Of a DNA stretch of 64,000 nucleotides, positions 1 through 9,962 are shown piece after piece. The position numbers and the translations under genes are program-made. The stretch is taken from the NCBI GenBank assembly GCA_965658655.1, contig CBFHTA010000001.1, positions 113,658-177,657 on the forward strand, given 5' to 3'. How positions within the stretch are numbered: position 1 is the first letter of the stretch; each line of letters begins with the position of its first letter. The stretch comes from Candidatus Babelota bacterium. GTDB taxonomy: Bacteria > Babelota > Babeliae > Babelales > CAIQNR01. A model generated the notes under the pieces. The model did no database searches. It was given only the letters and a program-made list of their open reading frames with translations, and was not told the DNA's origin.

Positions 1-242
1 CTCTCTACAAGAGCTCGTGTTCCTTGAACACCATGAGTAGCTAAAGACTTCAAAACGGCTTTTATCTTTTGAGGAACATTACTCAGAAGAGGATTTTGAG
101 CTGCATTTGCAATAGTAGCCGCCTCGGTTCCTGAACTAATAAAAGAATAATGCACAGAAACAAGCAATGCATTATCTGAAAGATGTGGTTGGGCTACTTT
201 TTGAACAATCAGTTTTCCATTTTCTAAAAACACTTGTCTCAT
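1..242 (-). CDS. Bi-domain oxidoreductase (Zn-binding dehydrogenase/Gfo-Idh-MocA type), N-terminal part, runs off window
   Basis: Manual translation from ATG at 242 (ATGA overlap with wecC stop) gives MRQVFLENGKLIVQKVAQPHLSDNALLVSVHYSFISSGTEAAT...; the ISxGTE motif is typical of this family in polysaccharide loci. Not in the ORF track. Confidence 0.75.
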   Translation of the reverse strand, partial: MRQVFLENGKLIVQKVAQPHLSDNALLVSVHYSFISSGTEAATIANAAQNPLLSNVPQKIKAVLKSLATHGVQGTRALVE

Positions 243-1591
243 TTTTCTCTCTCTTTCTCTGATGAATTCGAAAAACCATAGTGTCTATTTTTATGTTCAC
301 TATCGCTTGTTTTTCCTGATGTTGGCCAATAAAACTGCTCTTGCTCTGCAGACTGTTGCCGATCCACATGAAACAATCCGCAAAAATCTAATACTTTTTT
401 GTGAGCTAATATCTTTTTATCTAAAACCTTAAATTGACTATGGGCAACCAAGCAAACAATAACATCCGCATCATTAACCCCGTCAAGCAACGAAACCGCC
501 TTTGAACCTAAAGGAGTGCCTAACCTTTCTTTAGTAACATGTGGTTCACAAATTGTTACCTTTACATCGTTAAATGTTTCTAATTTTTCTGCAATTTGAA
601 AAGCTGGAGATTGGCGCAAATCATCTACATCGGGTTTATACGTTGCTCCAAGTATTAATATTTTACATGATTTTTGATGAGTAATTTTCCATTTTTGAGC
701 AACCTTAAGAATAGCTCCTAAAACTTCACGGGGTTTATTTTCATTAACCAAACGAGCCGTTTCTAACAACTTTGTATGCTCTGGAAAACTTTCAACTAAA
801 AACCATGGGTCTACTGCTAAACAATGCCCTCCTACTCCGCAAGTAGGACGCAATAAGTTTACTCGAGGGTGCTTATTAGCAAGCTCTATTACTTCGTAAG
901 GATCAATCCCAATACTATAAGCCATAGATGCAACTTGATGAGAAACCGCAATATTTACATCTCGATAACTATTTTCAACAAGCTTGATCATTTCAGCTGT
1001 TTCAGCATTCGTTAAATATAAATCGCCACTCACAAAATATTTATAAAATGATGCAACGCGACGAGTCGACCCTCTATCTAAACCACCAATAACACGATCG
1101 TTAACTTTTAATTCATGGAAAATATTTCCCGGCAAAACTCGTTCTGGACAATGTGCCACAAAGAAATCTACACCAAAATCAAGACCTGTTTTCTCAGCGA
1201 GAAAGTTCGAAAGGTTTTTTGTAGTTCCTACAGGAACGGTCGACTCTAGAATAACAGTGTCGCCCTTTTTCAATACACTTGAAATTGAAGTTGCCGCCGA
1301 GAAAACAAAGGATAAATCAGCTTTTTTATCTTTAGTAAAAGGAGTAGGCACAGCAATAATAAAGTAATCTGCCTCTTCATAAATCTGAGAAGCTTTAAAT
1401 GATTTTTTACTTAAAACATTGTGAAGCTTCTCTACAATCTCTGGTTCCTCAATAACTGGGCAACATTTATTGATACAGTCAATGCGATCTCCATCAATAT
1501 CAACTCCTACCACTTCGAGCCCCGATTCCGCTGCTACAATGGCGGTAGGTAGTCCAATATATCCCAGACCCACAACACACACTTTCTTCAT
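239..1591 (-). CDS. wecC: UDP-N-acetyl-D-mannosamine dehydrogenase (nucleotide sugar dehydrogenase)
   Basis: GLGYIGLP Rossmann motif, ESTVPVG, HCPERVLPG, KLVENSYRDVNIA, GVGGHC catalytic Cys; adjacent to wecB. Confidence 0.92.
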   Translation of the reverse strand: MKKVCVVGLGYIGLPTAIVAAESGLEVVGVDIDGDRIDCINKCCPVIEEPEIVEKLHNVLSKKSFKASQIYEEADYFIIAVPTPFTKDKKADLSFVFSAATSISSVLKKGDTVILESTVPVGTTKNLSNFLAEKTGLDFGVDFFVAHCPERVLPGNIFHELKVNDRVIGGLDRGSTRRVASFYKYFVSGDLYLTNAETAEMIKLVENSYRDVNIAVSHQVASMAYSIGIDPYEVIELANKHPRVNLLRPTCGVGGHCLAVDPWFLVESFPEHTKLLETARLVNENKPREVLGAILKVAQKWKITHQKSCKILILGATYKPDVDDLRQSPAFQIAEKLETFNDVKVTICEPHVTKERLGTPLGSKAVSLLDGVNDADVIVCLVAHSQFKVLDKKILAHKKVLDFCGLFHVDRQQSAEQEQFYWPTSGKTSDSEHKNRHYGFSNSSEKEREK

Positions 1592-1601
1592 TGCTTCCTC
1601 T

Positions 1602-2780
1602 CTATCTAAAGTGTTTTTCTCGAACTCTTCCCAAAGAAGAAAGGTTCGCGGCAGCAGACAACTTTATAATATGAACAATTTTTTGAGCTGCATATCCATC
1701 ACCATAAATTGTTCTCCGCACAGTCGACGTTTTTTGTAACAAAATTTCATATAATTTCTGAGAAAAGAGCCTTGGGTCTGTCCCAACAATCCAAGCTAAC
1801 CCTTCCCAAACTCCTTCCATTCGTTCGCTTTTTTCACGCAGAATTAGAACCCGCTTCCCCAAACTTACCGCTTCTTCTTGAATGCCACCGGAGTCGGTTG
1901 CCACAGCATCAGCATGCAATAATAAATAAACCAAATCTTTATAGCCTACTGGTTCAGTTAAAAATACATTTCCAACATCTTTGAAATTAATTTTCTTAAG
2001 AGCTTGTGTTACTGCTGGATTTGGATGATAAGGATAAATGAATAACACATCAGGATTTTCAAGCGCAAAATCTTTGAGTGCCTTTATCATACGTTCAATA
2101 CCGCCATTAAACGATTCTCTTCTATGCATGGTGAAAAGCACAATCTTTTGCTTACTTATCTGTGCCCCTGCAATAGCTCTCTCAATATCTGAACGAATTT
2201 TTAAAGTTCCTGAATTAATTTTTTCTTCAACAATGCGTAAAGCATCTACCACTGTATTGCCTGTGCAAAAAACAGTATCTCGTGAATTTCCTTCTGCAAG
2301 TAAATTAGCCGCAGCTGCTGTAGTTGGAGCAAAATGATATCTTGCAAAAAGACCTAAAGCAACACGATTGAATTCTTCGGGATAGGGAGAATGCATATCA
2401 CCCGTACGCAAACCTGCTTCAACATGGCCAACCGGAATTTGTTTGTAAAAAGCACTTAAGCCTGCTGCCATGGTTGTAGTAGTATCTCCATGCACAAGAA
2501 CTAATGATGGTTCTACCTTTTCAAAAAGCATTTTCATCCCACTCAGCACTTGCTGAGTAACATGAAACAAATCTTGGTTTTTTTGCATAACACCCAACTC
2601 AACGTCTGGTTTTACGTCAAAAATCTCGAATACTTCTGTTAATAAATTTTTGTGTTGAGTTGTTGAACAAAGAAAAACAGGAATCGAAGCTTTCTTTAAA
2701 GCAAAATAAACTGGCATCATCTTGATACCTTCAGGACGCGTTCCTACTACAAGCATTACTGGAGCTGCTGTTTGATGCAT
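1602..2780 (-). CDS. wecB: UDP-N-acetylglucosamine 2-epimerase (non-hydrolysing)
   Basis: GTRPEGIKM, HGDTTT, GHVEAGLRT, PEE, HRRES, TDSGGIQEEA motifs. Confidence 0.95.
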   Translation of the reverse strand: MHQTAAPVMLVVGTRPEGIKMMPVYFALKKASIPVFLCSTTQHKNLLTEVFEIFDVKPDVELGVMQKNQDLFHVTQQVLSGMKMLFEKVEPSLVLVHGDTTTTMAAGLSAFYKQIPVGHVEAGLRTGDMHSPYPEEFNRVALGLFARYHFAPTTAAAANLLAEGNSRDTVFCTGNTVVDALRIVEEKINSGTLKIRSDIERAIAGAQISKQKIVLFTMHRRESFNGGIERMIKALKDFALENPDVLFIYPYHPNPAVTQALKKINFKDVGNVFLTEPVGYKDLVYLLLHADAVATDSGGIQEEAVSLGKRVLILREKSERMEGVWEGLAWIVGTDPRLFSQKLYEILLQKTSTVRRTIYGDGYAAQKIVHIIKLSAAANLSSLGRVREKHFR

Positions 2781-2935
2781 TGACTACTCCTTCACGCATC
2801 ATTTGTACTTCAACTTCTTTTCTTAATCGAATAACAATAGCACATATCCGATGGTTGGCAAGCAAAAAAGATTTAAAAAAATGCACTTTATGATTAGACT
2901 ATTTTAATGAACAGATCAAAACAAAGGACCAAAGA

Positions 2936-3436
2936 ATGAAAATACTTTACGCTCCTTGGCGAGAAGATTACACAACCTCTTCTGCACGGAGCACAGACAA
3001 TAAAGAATCATGCGTATTCTGCGACCAGCTGAGAGATCAAGACGATGAAAAACACTTTATTGTTACCAGGTTTAAACATTGCTATGTCGTATTAAACCGC
3101 TATCCCTATAATGGAGGGCATCTCCTCGTTCTCCCGCTTGAACATACTCAAAAACTTTCCGCACTTTCTTCAGAAGCCCGCACAGAACTCATGGAAGTTG
3201 TAACTCACTGCTCAACTATCCTAGAAAAAGAACTTAATGCACAAGGCATTAATATTGGGCTTAATCAAGGCAAAGCTGCAGGAGCAGGTTTACCCTCTCA
3301 TCTACACTTTCATGTTCTCCCTCGCTGGGCTGGAGATACTAACTTTTTACCCACATTAGCTCAAACAAAAACCGTATCGGTTAGCTTAGAAGATCTTTAT
3401 AATAAGCTTAAACCTCACCTTGACAAGCTTAAATAA
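2936..3436 (+). CDS. HIT family hydrolase (Ap4A phosphorylase/FHIT-like)
   Basis: LYAPWR, CVFC, LNRYPYNGGH, HLHFHVLPRW histidine triad. Confidence 0.9.
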   Translation: MKILYAPWREDYTTSSARSTDNKESCVFCDQLRDQDDEKHFIVTRFKHCYVVLNRYPYNGGHLLVLPLEHTQKLSALSSEARTELMEVVTHCSTILEKELNAQGINIGLNQGKAAGAGLPSHLHFHVLPRWAGDTNFLPTLAQTKTVSVSLEDLYNKLKPHLDKLK

Positions 3437-3523
3437 GTTTAAAAAGGGTTTTTTACTTATTTGCTCCAATACCGTATACTAGACAAGGTATTAAGTGAGA
3501 AATCTTATTTGTGAGGTTATGGT

Positions 3524-4336
3524 ATGAAATTGTATAAATGCATTCTTATGGTACTTTTAGGCGGTACCTTAAATATTAATGCTCGTATTCCTAAAGAAGT
3601 CGTTGAAAACATGACCTCTTCGCATCGATGTGAAGCAACAAATGCTGCTTTTTCTTCATTTGATTCGGCCCTACAAAAAATGGATCCTTTTCCCCTAAGA
3701 TCAGGCCCCCTGAATCTTAACACCCATAAAAATATAAAGACTGCCTTAAACGGCCTCTCAAAAAAAACTGATTCTAACTCCTTTAGGGAACTCCTTTCTA
3801 AAACAACTGAATGGTCAATCGAAAACCTTACTCCTGTTATTGCTGAAATTCGAAAAGACATAACTCCAAAAATAGAACAAGCAAAAACAGTTTTAGTTTC
3901 AAAGTTACCCACAGCAGAATCTATAAGCACAATAGGTAAAGAAATATCTGAAAAAGCTATTGAAAATCTCACTCCTGTTATTACTAAAACTCGCAAAGAC
4001 ATAGCTCTGAAAATAGAACAGGCAAAAACATTTCTAGCCGCAAAAATAACTCAAGTAGAAGCTCTTAAGAACGCTGGGGAAGCAACAAATGAAGTTCCCT
4101 CTTCTACTAAAATGGAATGCGGAAGTCTTGAAAACAAACTATCAGACTTCAAAGAAGCATTCGAAAAATTAGAACCAAGTGCAGAGAAAACTTCTAGCTC
4201 CAACAGTCGTTTCTGCGATATTTTAAACAATCGCTGGACGATAAGTGCTGCTGTAGTTATCGGCATAATTATCTACACAAGATACAAATATAAAAAATCA
4301 CAAAGACAACCTGAAGGGGACGACTATGGACTATAA
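3524..4336 (+). CDS. Secreted/membrane-anchored hypothetical protein with internal repeat
   Basis: GAGG RBS, N-terminal signal peptide, duplicated 24-aa segment, C-terminal TM helix followed by basic residues. Confidence 0.75.
   Translation: MKLYKCILMVLLGGTLNINARIPKEVVENMTSSHRCEATNAAFSSFDSALQKMDPFPLRSGPLNLNTHKNIKTALNGLSKKTDSNSFRELLSKTTEWSIENLTPVIAEIRKDITPKIEQAKTVLVSKLPTAESISTIGKEISEKAIENLTPVITKTRKDIALKIEQAKTFLAAKITQVEALKNAGEATNEVPSSTKMECGSLENKLSDFKEAFEKLEPSAEKTSSSNSRFCDILNNRWTISAAVVIGIIIYTRYKYKKSQRQPEGDDYGL
3818..4030 (+). repeat. Two diverged 72-bp direct repeats (3818-3889, 3959-4030) inside the ORF
   Basis: IENLTPVIAEIRKDITPKIEQAKT vs IENLTPVITKTRKDIALKIEQAKT, visible at DNA level, 141 bp apart. 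Confidence 0.85.
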
Positions 4337-4694
4337 AATTCTTTCAGCATTCGTTCTATTAACAACGCCAAGTGTAATGTTGCCTAAAATGTCGTGCACT
4401 CAAGTTGCAATACATAAAAAAGGTTTTGATGCTGCTTTTAAAAAATTCAAAAAAAAGCAAGAGACATCTGTGGCCAAAAAAGCCCTACAAACATATACTG
4501 CTCACACTCCTCTAACTTACATAGACTTTAATGAACAAAATACTACTCATCCACTACTTCATAAAACAGAGATAAAATCTCCTTTAAGTATTTTATTAAA
4601 AGCATTCAGTGCAACTCTAGACATAGTGAACGATCCCTATCTTCGTCTTTTTGCTGTCATAGGTTTAATAGCCTATGCACGAAACAAAAAATAA
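4326..4694 (+). CDS. Small secreted/tail-anchored hypothetical protein, probable paralog of 3524..4336
   Basis: AAGGGG RBS, signal-like N-terminus, C-terminal TM similar to that of the upstream gene. Confidence 0.7.
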   Translation: MDYKILSAFVLLTTPSVMLPKMSCTQVAIHKKGFDAAFKKFKKKQETSVAKKALQTYTAHTPLTYIDFNEQNTTHPLLHKTEIKSPLSILLKAFSATLDIVNDPYLRLFAVIGLIAYARNKK

Positions 4695-4711
4695 ATTTCT
4701 TAAATTTAGGG

Positions 4712-4746
4712 GGTCTAGATAAGATTTTTCTTATCTAGACCTTTTT
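4712..4746 (+). terminator. Intrinsic terminator
   Basis: GGTCTAGATAAGA-TTTT-TCTTATCTAGACC 13-bp stem followed by TTTTT. Confidence 0.8.
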
Positions 4747-4829
4747 CTTAGTCTATTGCCTTTAAGTTTCAAAATTGCTAAATCTAAAAGAATGTATTCT
4801 TTCATTCACATAAAAAAGGAGATCTTGCA

Positions 4830-5219
4830 ATGAAAATAGATACAGACCTAAAGAATCTCGTGCTTGTAATCGCTGTTGCTGTACTTATTCCTATGACAGT
4901 TAAATACGGCATCAAAGCATTCTCTCCAACTCCACGCCCTACAAACCACACACAACAGATTTTCTACGCTAAAATGGCTATTGGTGCTGCATGTCTTTAC
5001 GCTGGAGCAAAAATGACTCCTGCTGTAATGGGTACTGGTGTATTCATTGGGGGTCTTGCTCTAATGCTTAAAGGAGTACGTTGCTACTGGCCACACTTAG
5101 ATTCTAAAATGCAATTCCTATTGCTATTATTAGGTCTTTGCTTGGTTTACTTCCTGATTCAACGTAAACACGGCGGAATGGGTGGATTGCGCAAAGTAGG
5201 CCGAGGACGCAGAAAATAG
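4830..5219 (+). CDS. Small 4-TM membrane protein, hypothetical
   Basis: AAGGAG RBS, four hydrophobic segments, basic C-terminus. Confidence 0.75.
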   Translation: MKIDTDLKNLVLVIAVAVLIPMTVKYGIKAFSPTPRPTNHTQQIFYAKMAIGAACLYAGAKMTPAVMGTGVFIGGLALMLKGVRCYWPHLDSKMQFLLLLLGLCLVYFLIQRKHGGMGGLRKVGRGRRK

Positions 5220-5240
5220 CTTTCTGTTTATCTAGAGTTT

Positions 5241-5269
5241 AAAGGACCCTTTCCGAAGGGTCCTTTTTT
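5241..5269 (+). terminator. Intrinsic terminator
   Basis: AAAGGACCCTT-TCCG-AAGGGTCCTTT followed by T-run. Confidence 0.85.
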
Positions 5270-5337
5270 GTTGCTTGCACACGTTTGTGCTATACTAGTA
5301 CGGTTAATATAAACAATTGTATCTGGATGGGAAGCCC

Positions 5338-7929
5338 ATGAAATCGTTGGATATCCGTAAAAAATTTTTTGATTATTTTGTTAAGAACGGCCACGAACAC
5401 GTTTCAAGTTCATCATTAATTCCGGCCCAAGACCCAACTCTTTTGTTCACCAATGCTGGAATGAATCAATTTAAAGATTGTTTCCTTGGAGACGAAAAGA
5501 GAAGCTATACCCGTGCCACAACCATCCAGAAATGCGTGCGTGCCGGCGGCAAACATAATGATTTAGACAATGTAGGGTTCACCAAGCGTCATCTCACTTT
5601 TTTTGAAATGATGGGTAATTTCTCATTTGGCGACTACTTTAAAAAAGAAGCTATCCCCTTTGCATGGAATCTTTTAACCAAAGGATATGGTCTTAACCCG
5701 GATAATCTTTATGTCTCTGTCTATAAAGATGACGATGAAGCTGCTGAAATTTGGGAGAAAGAAATAGGTATACCTAAAGAACGTATTTATCGCTTTGGCA
5801 AAGAAGATAACTTCTGGCAAATGGGAGACACAGGACCCTGCGGTCCGTGTACCGAAATTTTTTATGATACACGCCCACAAAATAAGCGCGATAAAGCTCC
5901 CGTACAAGAAGATTTTGATTCAGGGGAATTACTCGAAGTTTGGAATCTTGTATTCATGCAATACAACCAACAAGAAGATGGTTCTTTTATAGAATTAGAT
6001 CAAACTGGTGTTGATACTGGAATGGGGCTTGAACGTATCGCCTGTGTGTTACAAGGCAAAGATAATGTATACGAAACAGATATCTTTACTCCTATTATTG
6101 CAGCAACAGAGAAACTAACCGGAATAGAATATATAAAACAAGATGCTCAAACTAAAGCAGCTTTTCATGTTCTAGCAGATCATATTCGTTCTGTTTCTTT
6201 AATTATCGCAGATGGTGCATCTCCTTCTAACGAAGGACGTGGATATGTTTTAAGAAAAATCATTCGTCGTGCAGCTTTGTTTACTCAAAAATTAACAAAT
6301 AAAAACATCTTTCCTGAAGTGGCAAAAACATTTATTCAAGAAACAGCCAATATCTACCCCGAACTAAAGACCAATGAAAAAATAATCATTTCTCTTTTAA
6401 CTACTGAAATCGAACAGTTTGCTCACAACTTAGTTAAGGGTCAACAAATCTTAGATAGCTTTTTTAAGAAACAAGAAAAAGATACGGTCATTACCGGTGA
6501 ACAAGCATTTAAATTGTACGATACCTATGGATTCCCTCTTGAAGTTACTATTTTAGCCGCCCAAGAAAACGGCTATTCTGTTGATGCTGATGCATTTAAA
6601 GAATGCATGGAAGAACAACGAAAACGTTCTGGGAAAAAAATGAAGCAAACAGAGAAAAAAATAGAACTACCAGAAAACATTAAAACTGAATTTGTGGGAT
6701 ACCAAGAGATTGTCACTGATTCAAAAATTGTAAGCTTAATCGTTGACGATCAAGCAACAGACTCAGTTGCTGAAGGTAAAGAATGTTGGATTATCACAGA
6801 AAGATGCCCATTCTTCCCAACCATGGGTGGACAAGTTGATGATACAGGAACAGTTACCATTCATGGGAAAACAGTTGCTTTTACTGCACTTAAAAAAATT
6901 GGCCCTGCGATTGCGATAAAAATTAAATCGCCAGTAGCTTGCAAAGTAGGTGATACAGTAAGCCAACAAGTGGAAGAACAAATTCGCAAAGACACCATGA
7001 ATAATCACACGGCAACTCACTTACTTCAAGCGGCTCTCATAGAGTTACTAGGCAAGCAAGTCAAACAATCTGGTTCTGTAGTTAACCCTGATTACCTCCG
7101 CTTTGATTTCACCTACCACAAGAATTTAACTTCAGAAGAAATTAAAACAGTAGAAGACCGCGTTAACGGAATCATTAGAGATAATATTGTCGTTGATATT
7201 TTTGAAACCTCCCAAAAAAAGGCACTTGAGCGTGGGGTTCTTGCAATTTTTGGAGAAAAATATAATCCAGAAAAAGTACGCGTTATTGATGTACCTGGTT
7301 TTTCAGCTGAACTCTGTGGAGGAACGCATGTTCCATCTACCGGAGTAATTGGCGCCTTTAAAATCACCGAAGTCTCTGCACTCTCTGCAGGTAATCGTCG
7401 TATTTTTGCAGTTACCGGACAAAAAGCTTTAGAGTTAATGCAAAGCAACTTCAATACAGTAAAGACTTTAAGCCAAGAATTTAAAGTAAAACCAAATGAA
7501 GTTATTGATACAATTGAAAAACAAAAACAGCAACTTCTTGAAGCGCAACAGCAAATAAAAATCCTTAAAAGAAGTGTAATTGACTCTCAAATCCCACTGT
7601 GGCAAAACAAGATAGAAGAAATCAATGGAGTACCATTCTTATACCTTGCCCTAGAAAGCTATGGGGCAGATGAGTTAAAAGTTATTGCAGAACAGCTTCA
7701 AAAGAAAACTCCTGGTTTCTATGTACTTGCCAGCAACAACGAAAACAAAGCTGCATTCTTTGCTTCACTCGCACCAGAATTTCAAGACACAATTGATATG
7801 AAAACATTTGCAACATGGTTAAAAGATGCAACTGGGATTCGTGGAGGCGGAAAAAAAGGAACCCTCCAAGGTGGAGGTCCAAAAATCACTAAAGATCTTA
7901 CATCTCTTATTAAAGCAGGGCTCGCATAA
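5338..7929 (+). CDS. alaS: Alanine--tRNA ligase
   Basis: DPTLLFTNAGMNQFK, HLTFFEMMGNFSFGDYFK, DTGMGLER, NHTATHLL and ELCGGTH editing motifs, GGG C-terminus; start taken at ATG 5338. Confidence 0.98.
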   Translation: MKSLDIRKKFFDYFVKNGHEHVSSSSLIPAQDPTLLFTNAGMNQFKDCFLGDEKRSYTRATTIQKCVRAGGKHNDLDNVGFTKRHLTFFEMMGNFSFGDYFKKEAIPFAWNLLTKGYGLNPDNLYVSVYKDDDEAAEIWEKEIGIPKERIYRFGKEDNFWQMGDTGPCGPCTEIFYDTRPQNKRDKAPVQEDFDSGELLEVWNLVFMQYNQQEDGSFIELDQTGVDTGMGLERIACVLQGKDNVYETDIFTPIIAATEKLTGIEYIKQDAQTKAAFHVLADHIRSVSLIIADGASPSNEGRGYVLRKIIRRAALFTQKLTNKNIFPEVAKTFIQETANIYPELKTNEKIIISLLTTEIEQFAHNLVKGQQILDSFFKKQEKDTVITGEQAFKLYDTYGFPLEVTILAAQENGYSVDADAFKECMEEQRKRSGKKMKQTEKKIELPENIKTEFVGYQEIVTDSKIVSLIVDDQATDSVAEGKECWIITERCPFFPTMGGQVDDTGTVTIHGKTVAFTALKKIGPAIAIKIKSPVACKVGDTVSQQVEEQIRKDTMNNHTATHLLQAALIELLGKQVKQSGSVVNPDYLRFDFTYHKNLTSEEIKTVEDRVNGIIRDNIVVDIFETSQKKALERGVLAIFGEKYNPEKVRVIDVPGFSAELCGGTHVPSTGVIGAFKITEVSALSAGNRRIFAVTGQKALELMQSNFNTVKTLSQEFKVKPNEVIDTIEKQKQQLLEAQQQIKILKRSVIDSQIPLWQNKIEEINGVPFLYLALESYGADELKVIAEQLQKKTPGFYVLASNNENKAAFFASLAPEFQDTIDMKTFATWLKDATGIRGGGKKGTLQGGGPKITKDLTSLIKAGLA

Positions 7930-8339
7930 TGTCTCGAGGAAAAGACCGCGCAGGAATTATTATTGTTCAAGATGATCAAATACTTCTTATGTACAGAAAA
8001 AAAGGAAATACTGAATACTTTTGTATTCCTGGTGGGCATATAGAAGACGGAGAGGATCCTGAAACAGCTGCTATACGAGAAATAAAAGAAGAAACTACAC
8101 TTGATGTTGAGCTAACAGATTTTATGGTAGAACTAGAAAACCAAGGCAGAAAAGAAACCTACTTTCTTGCTAACCACTTCTCGGGAACACCAAAACTCAG
8201 TGGGGAAGAAGCAGATCGCAATTCTGAAGATGACGCTTTTGCATTAAAATGGATACCAATAGCATTGCTTTCTAATCTTTTGATTTATCCAGAGCAACTT
8301 GGACTTAATCTGGCCCATATCATTAAAAGTCTTAAATAA
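7929..8339 (+). CDS. NUDIX hydrolase
   Basis: Nudix box GGHIEDGEDPETAAIREIKEET. Confidence 0.92.
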   Translation: MSRGKDRAGIIIVQDDQILLMYRKKGNTEYFCIPGGHIEDGEDPETAAIREIKEETTLDVELTDFMVELENQGRKETYFLANHFSGTPKLSGEEADRNSEDDAFALKWIPIALLSNLLIYPEQLGLNLAHIIKSLK

Positions 8340-8347
8340 TCTTTAAA

Positions 8348-8671
8348 CTATTTAAGATTCCTTATACTGTTAAATATATCATCGGGTGTAGAACCACTTT
8401 TAATATTATTTACAATCTTGTTAAGGAAAGCTTTTTGGCTTGCACTTGAAAGCTTTTCGTCTTCAATTTGAAGATAAAAATCTTGAGCTTGGTTAACTGC
8501 TTTTTTATAATAGCGCGGTTCATTATTATACCATTCTTTATATATGGCTTGATATAAAGAATGGTATGATGATTCTTTAATAACATTAATATTAGTGGTT
8601 GGTTGGCCTGCATAAGCAAACGATCCCGACAACGCAAATACTAGAATAACTAAATTTATTGAATTCTTCAT
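8348..8671 (-). CDS. Secreted hypothetical protein
   Basis: AGGAGG RBS, signal peptide ending AYA. Confidence 0.7.
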   Translation of the reverse strand: MKNSINLVILVFALSGSFAYAGQPTTNINVIKESSYHSLYQAIYKEWYNNEPRYYKKAVNQAQDFYLQIEDEKLSSASQKAFLNKIVNNIKSGSTPDDIFNSIRNLK

Positions 8672-8756
8672 TTTCCCTCCTTTGATTTACTCCACATTAA
8701 ACCTCATAGAGAAAGTATACCAAATGACTAGAGGGTGATACAATAATCAGAGAGCT

Positions 8757-9272
8757 TTATGCTTCTATTAAGCTTATTGCTTCTTCGATGAGCTGATCAA
8801 TTTGCACAGGATCTTCTTGAAAGTTACTTAGGACGTAATCAGCAACATCTTCTTTATTTTCAGGTCGCCCTACTCCAAAGCGAATACGCCAAAAATCTTG
8901 CCCGCATGCTGCAATAATAGATCGGAGACCATTATGTCCACGATGGCTTCCACCTTGACGAATAGCTATAGAACCAAACTTTTTTTCTAGCTCATCGTGA
9001 ACCACCATAATATTTTCAGCATCTATTCCTTTCTTTTGTAAAAAAGAAATAACTTGTCCTGAACTATTCATGAATGTTTGCGGCTTTATCAAAATAACTT
9101 TTTTGTTATTAAGCTGTATCTCTGCAACATGCATTAAAGGCTTTTCTGCCCACGAAGCCCTATGACGTTCCGCGAGAACATCAAGAACTTTAAATCCAAT
9201 ATTATGACGATTTTTTCTATACTGATGGCCAGGATTGCCCAAACCAATAATTGCTTTTATGTTCTTTTCCAT
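8757..9272 (-). CDS. pth: Peptidyl-tRNA hydrolase
   Basis: GLGNPG, RHNIG, KPQTFMNSSG, HDEL, GHNGLRSI; start set at MEKNIK. Confidence 0.95.
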   Translation of the reverse strand: MEKNIKAIIGLGNPGHQYRKNRHNIGFKVLDVLAERHRASWAEKPLMHVAEIQLNNKKVILIKPQTFMNSSGQVISFLQKKGIDAENIMVVHDELEKKFGSIAIRQGGSHRGHNGLRSIIAACGQDFWRIRFGVGRPENKEDVADYVLSNFQEDPVQIDQLIEEAISLIEA

Positions 9273-9290
9273 GCTCTGTCTACTACTAAT

Positions 9291-9325
9291 AAAAAGAGCC
9301 GATGGATATAAATCCATCAGCTCTT
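9291..9325 (-). terminator. Intrinsic terminator after skp
   Basis: On the minus strand AAGAGCTGATGGAT-TTAT-ATCCATCGGCTCTT followed by T-run. Confidence 0.65.
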
Positions 9326-9346
9326 CATTATCCGAATTAAAACTTC

Positions 9347-9889
9347 TTAGACAACTTTTGGTGCCTTTGTTGTTCTGTTCAACTCTGCAATAATTTGATC
9401 TGTTTTATCCAAAGATTTATGAACATACAATTTGCCTTGTTTATGATCTACTTCTGTAAAACCAAGTTTTTCACAAATTTTCCCAACCATCTCCATAAGT
9501 TCTTTTTGAACTTCAGCTAAAATCGTTTGTGCTTTTTGCTGAAACGCTTGTTGTTTCATCTTAAGCTCTTGTTCCATTTTCCCCAGATTTTGTGCTTGTT
9601 GTTGCTTCATGGTGTCGCTCATTGTAGACATTTTTGCTTGAAAGTCAGCAACTGCTGTTTGGAATGCTGCCGCACCCTTTTCTATTGCTTGTCCTTCAGG
9701 GTCAAGCTTTGCCTTGATACTTTCCTGTTTTTTCTTAAAGTAATCTGCGGTAGTTGCAACTTTTTCTACATCCACAACAGCTCTTTTTTGCTGCATAACA
9801 GAATTTTGAGCCGCTACTTTTGCGTTAATTGCTACTGTAGAAAGCAACAGTGAAATAGCTAGAAGCTTTTTAAAATTGTTCATGGTCAA
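9347..9889 (-). CDS. skp: OmpH/Skp periplasmic chaperone
   Basis: Signal peptide, AVVDVEKV strand, long Q/K-rich coiled coil, LYVxxxLDKTDQII C-terminus. Confidence 0.8.
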   Translation of the reverse strand: MTMNNFKKLLAISLLLSTVAINAKVAAQNSVMQQKRAVVDVEKVATTADYFKKKQESIKAKLDPEGQAIEKGAAAFQTAVADFQAKMSTMSDTMKQQQAQNLGKMEQELKMKQQAFQQKAQTILAEVQKELMEMVGKICEKLGFTEVDHKQGKLYVHKSLDKTDQIIAELNRTTKAPKVV

Positions 9890-9962
9890 TCCTCATGAAT
9901 TTACAGTTAAACTTTTTATCCCTGTATTATTGTGAGCAGTTTAACCAGGTTGTCCTAAAACG

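Noticed and set aside
5270..5337. T-box or other leader upstream of alaS (and glycine riboswitch upstream of the AGCS symporter at 35254)
   Set aside because: The leaders are too short and lack the consensus motifs; the hairpin at 5241 belongs to the upstream gene.
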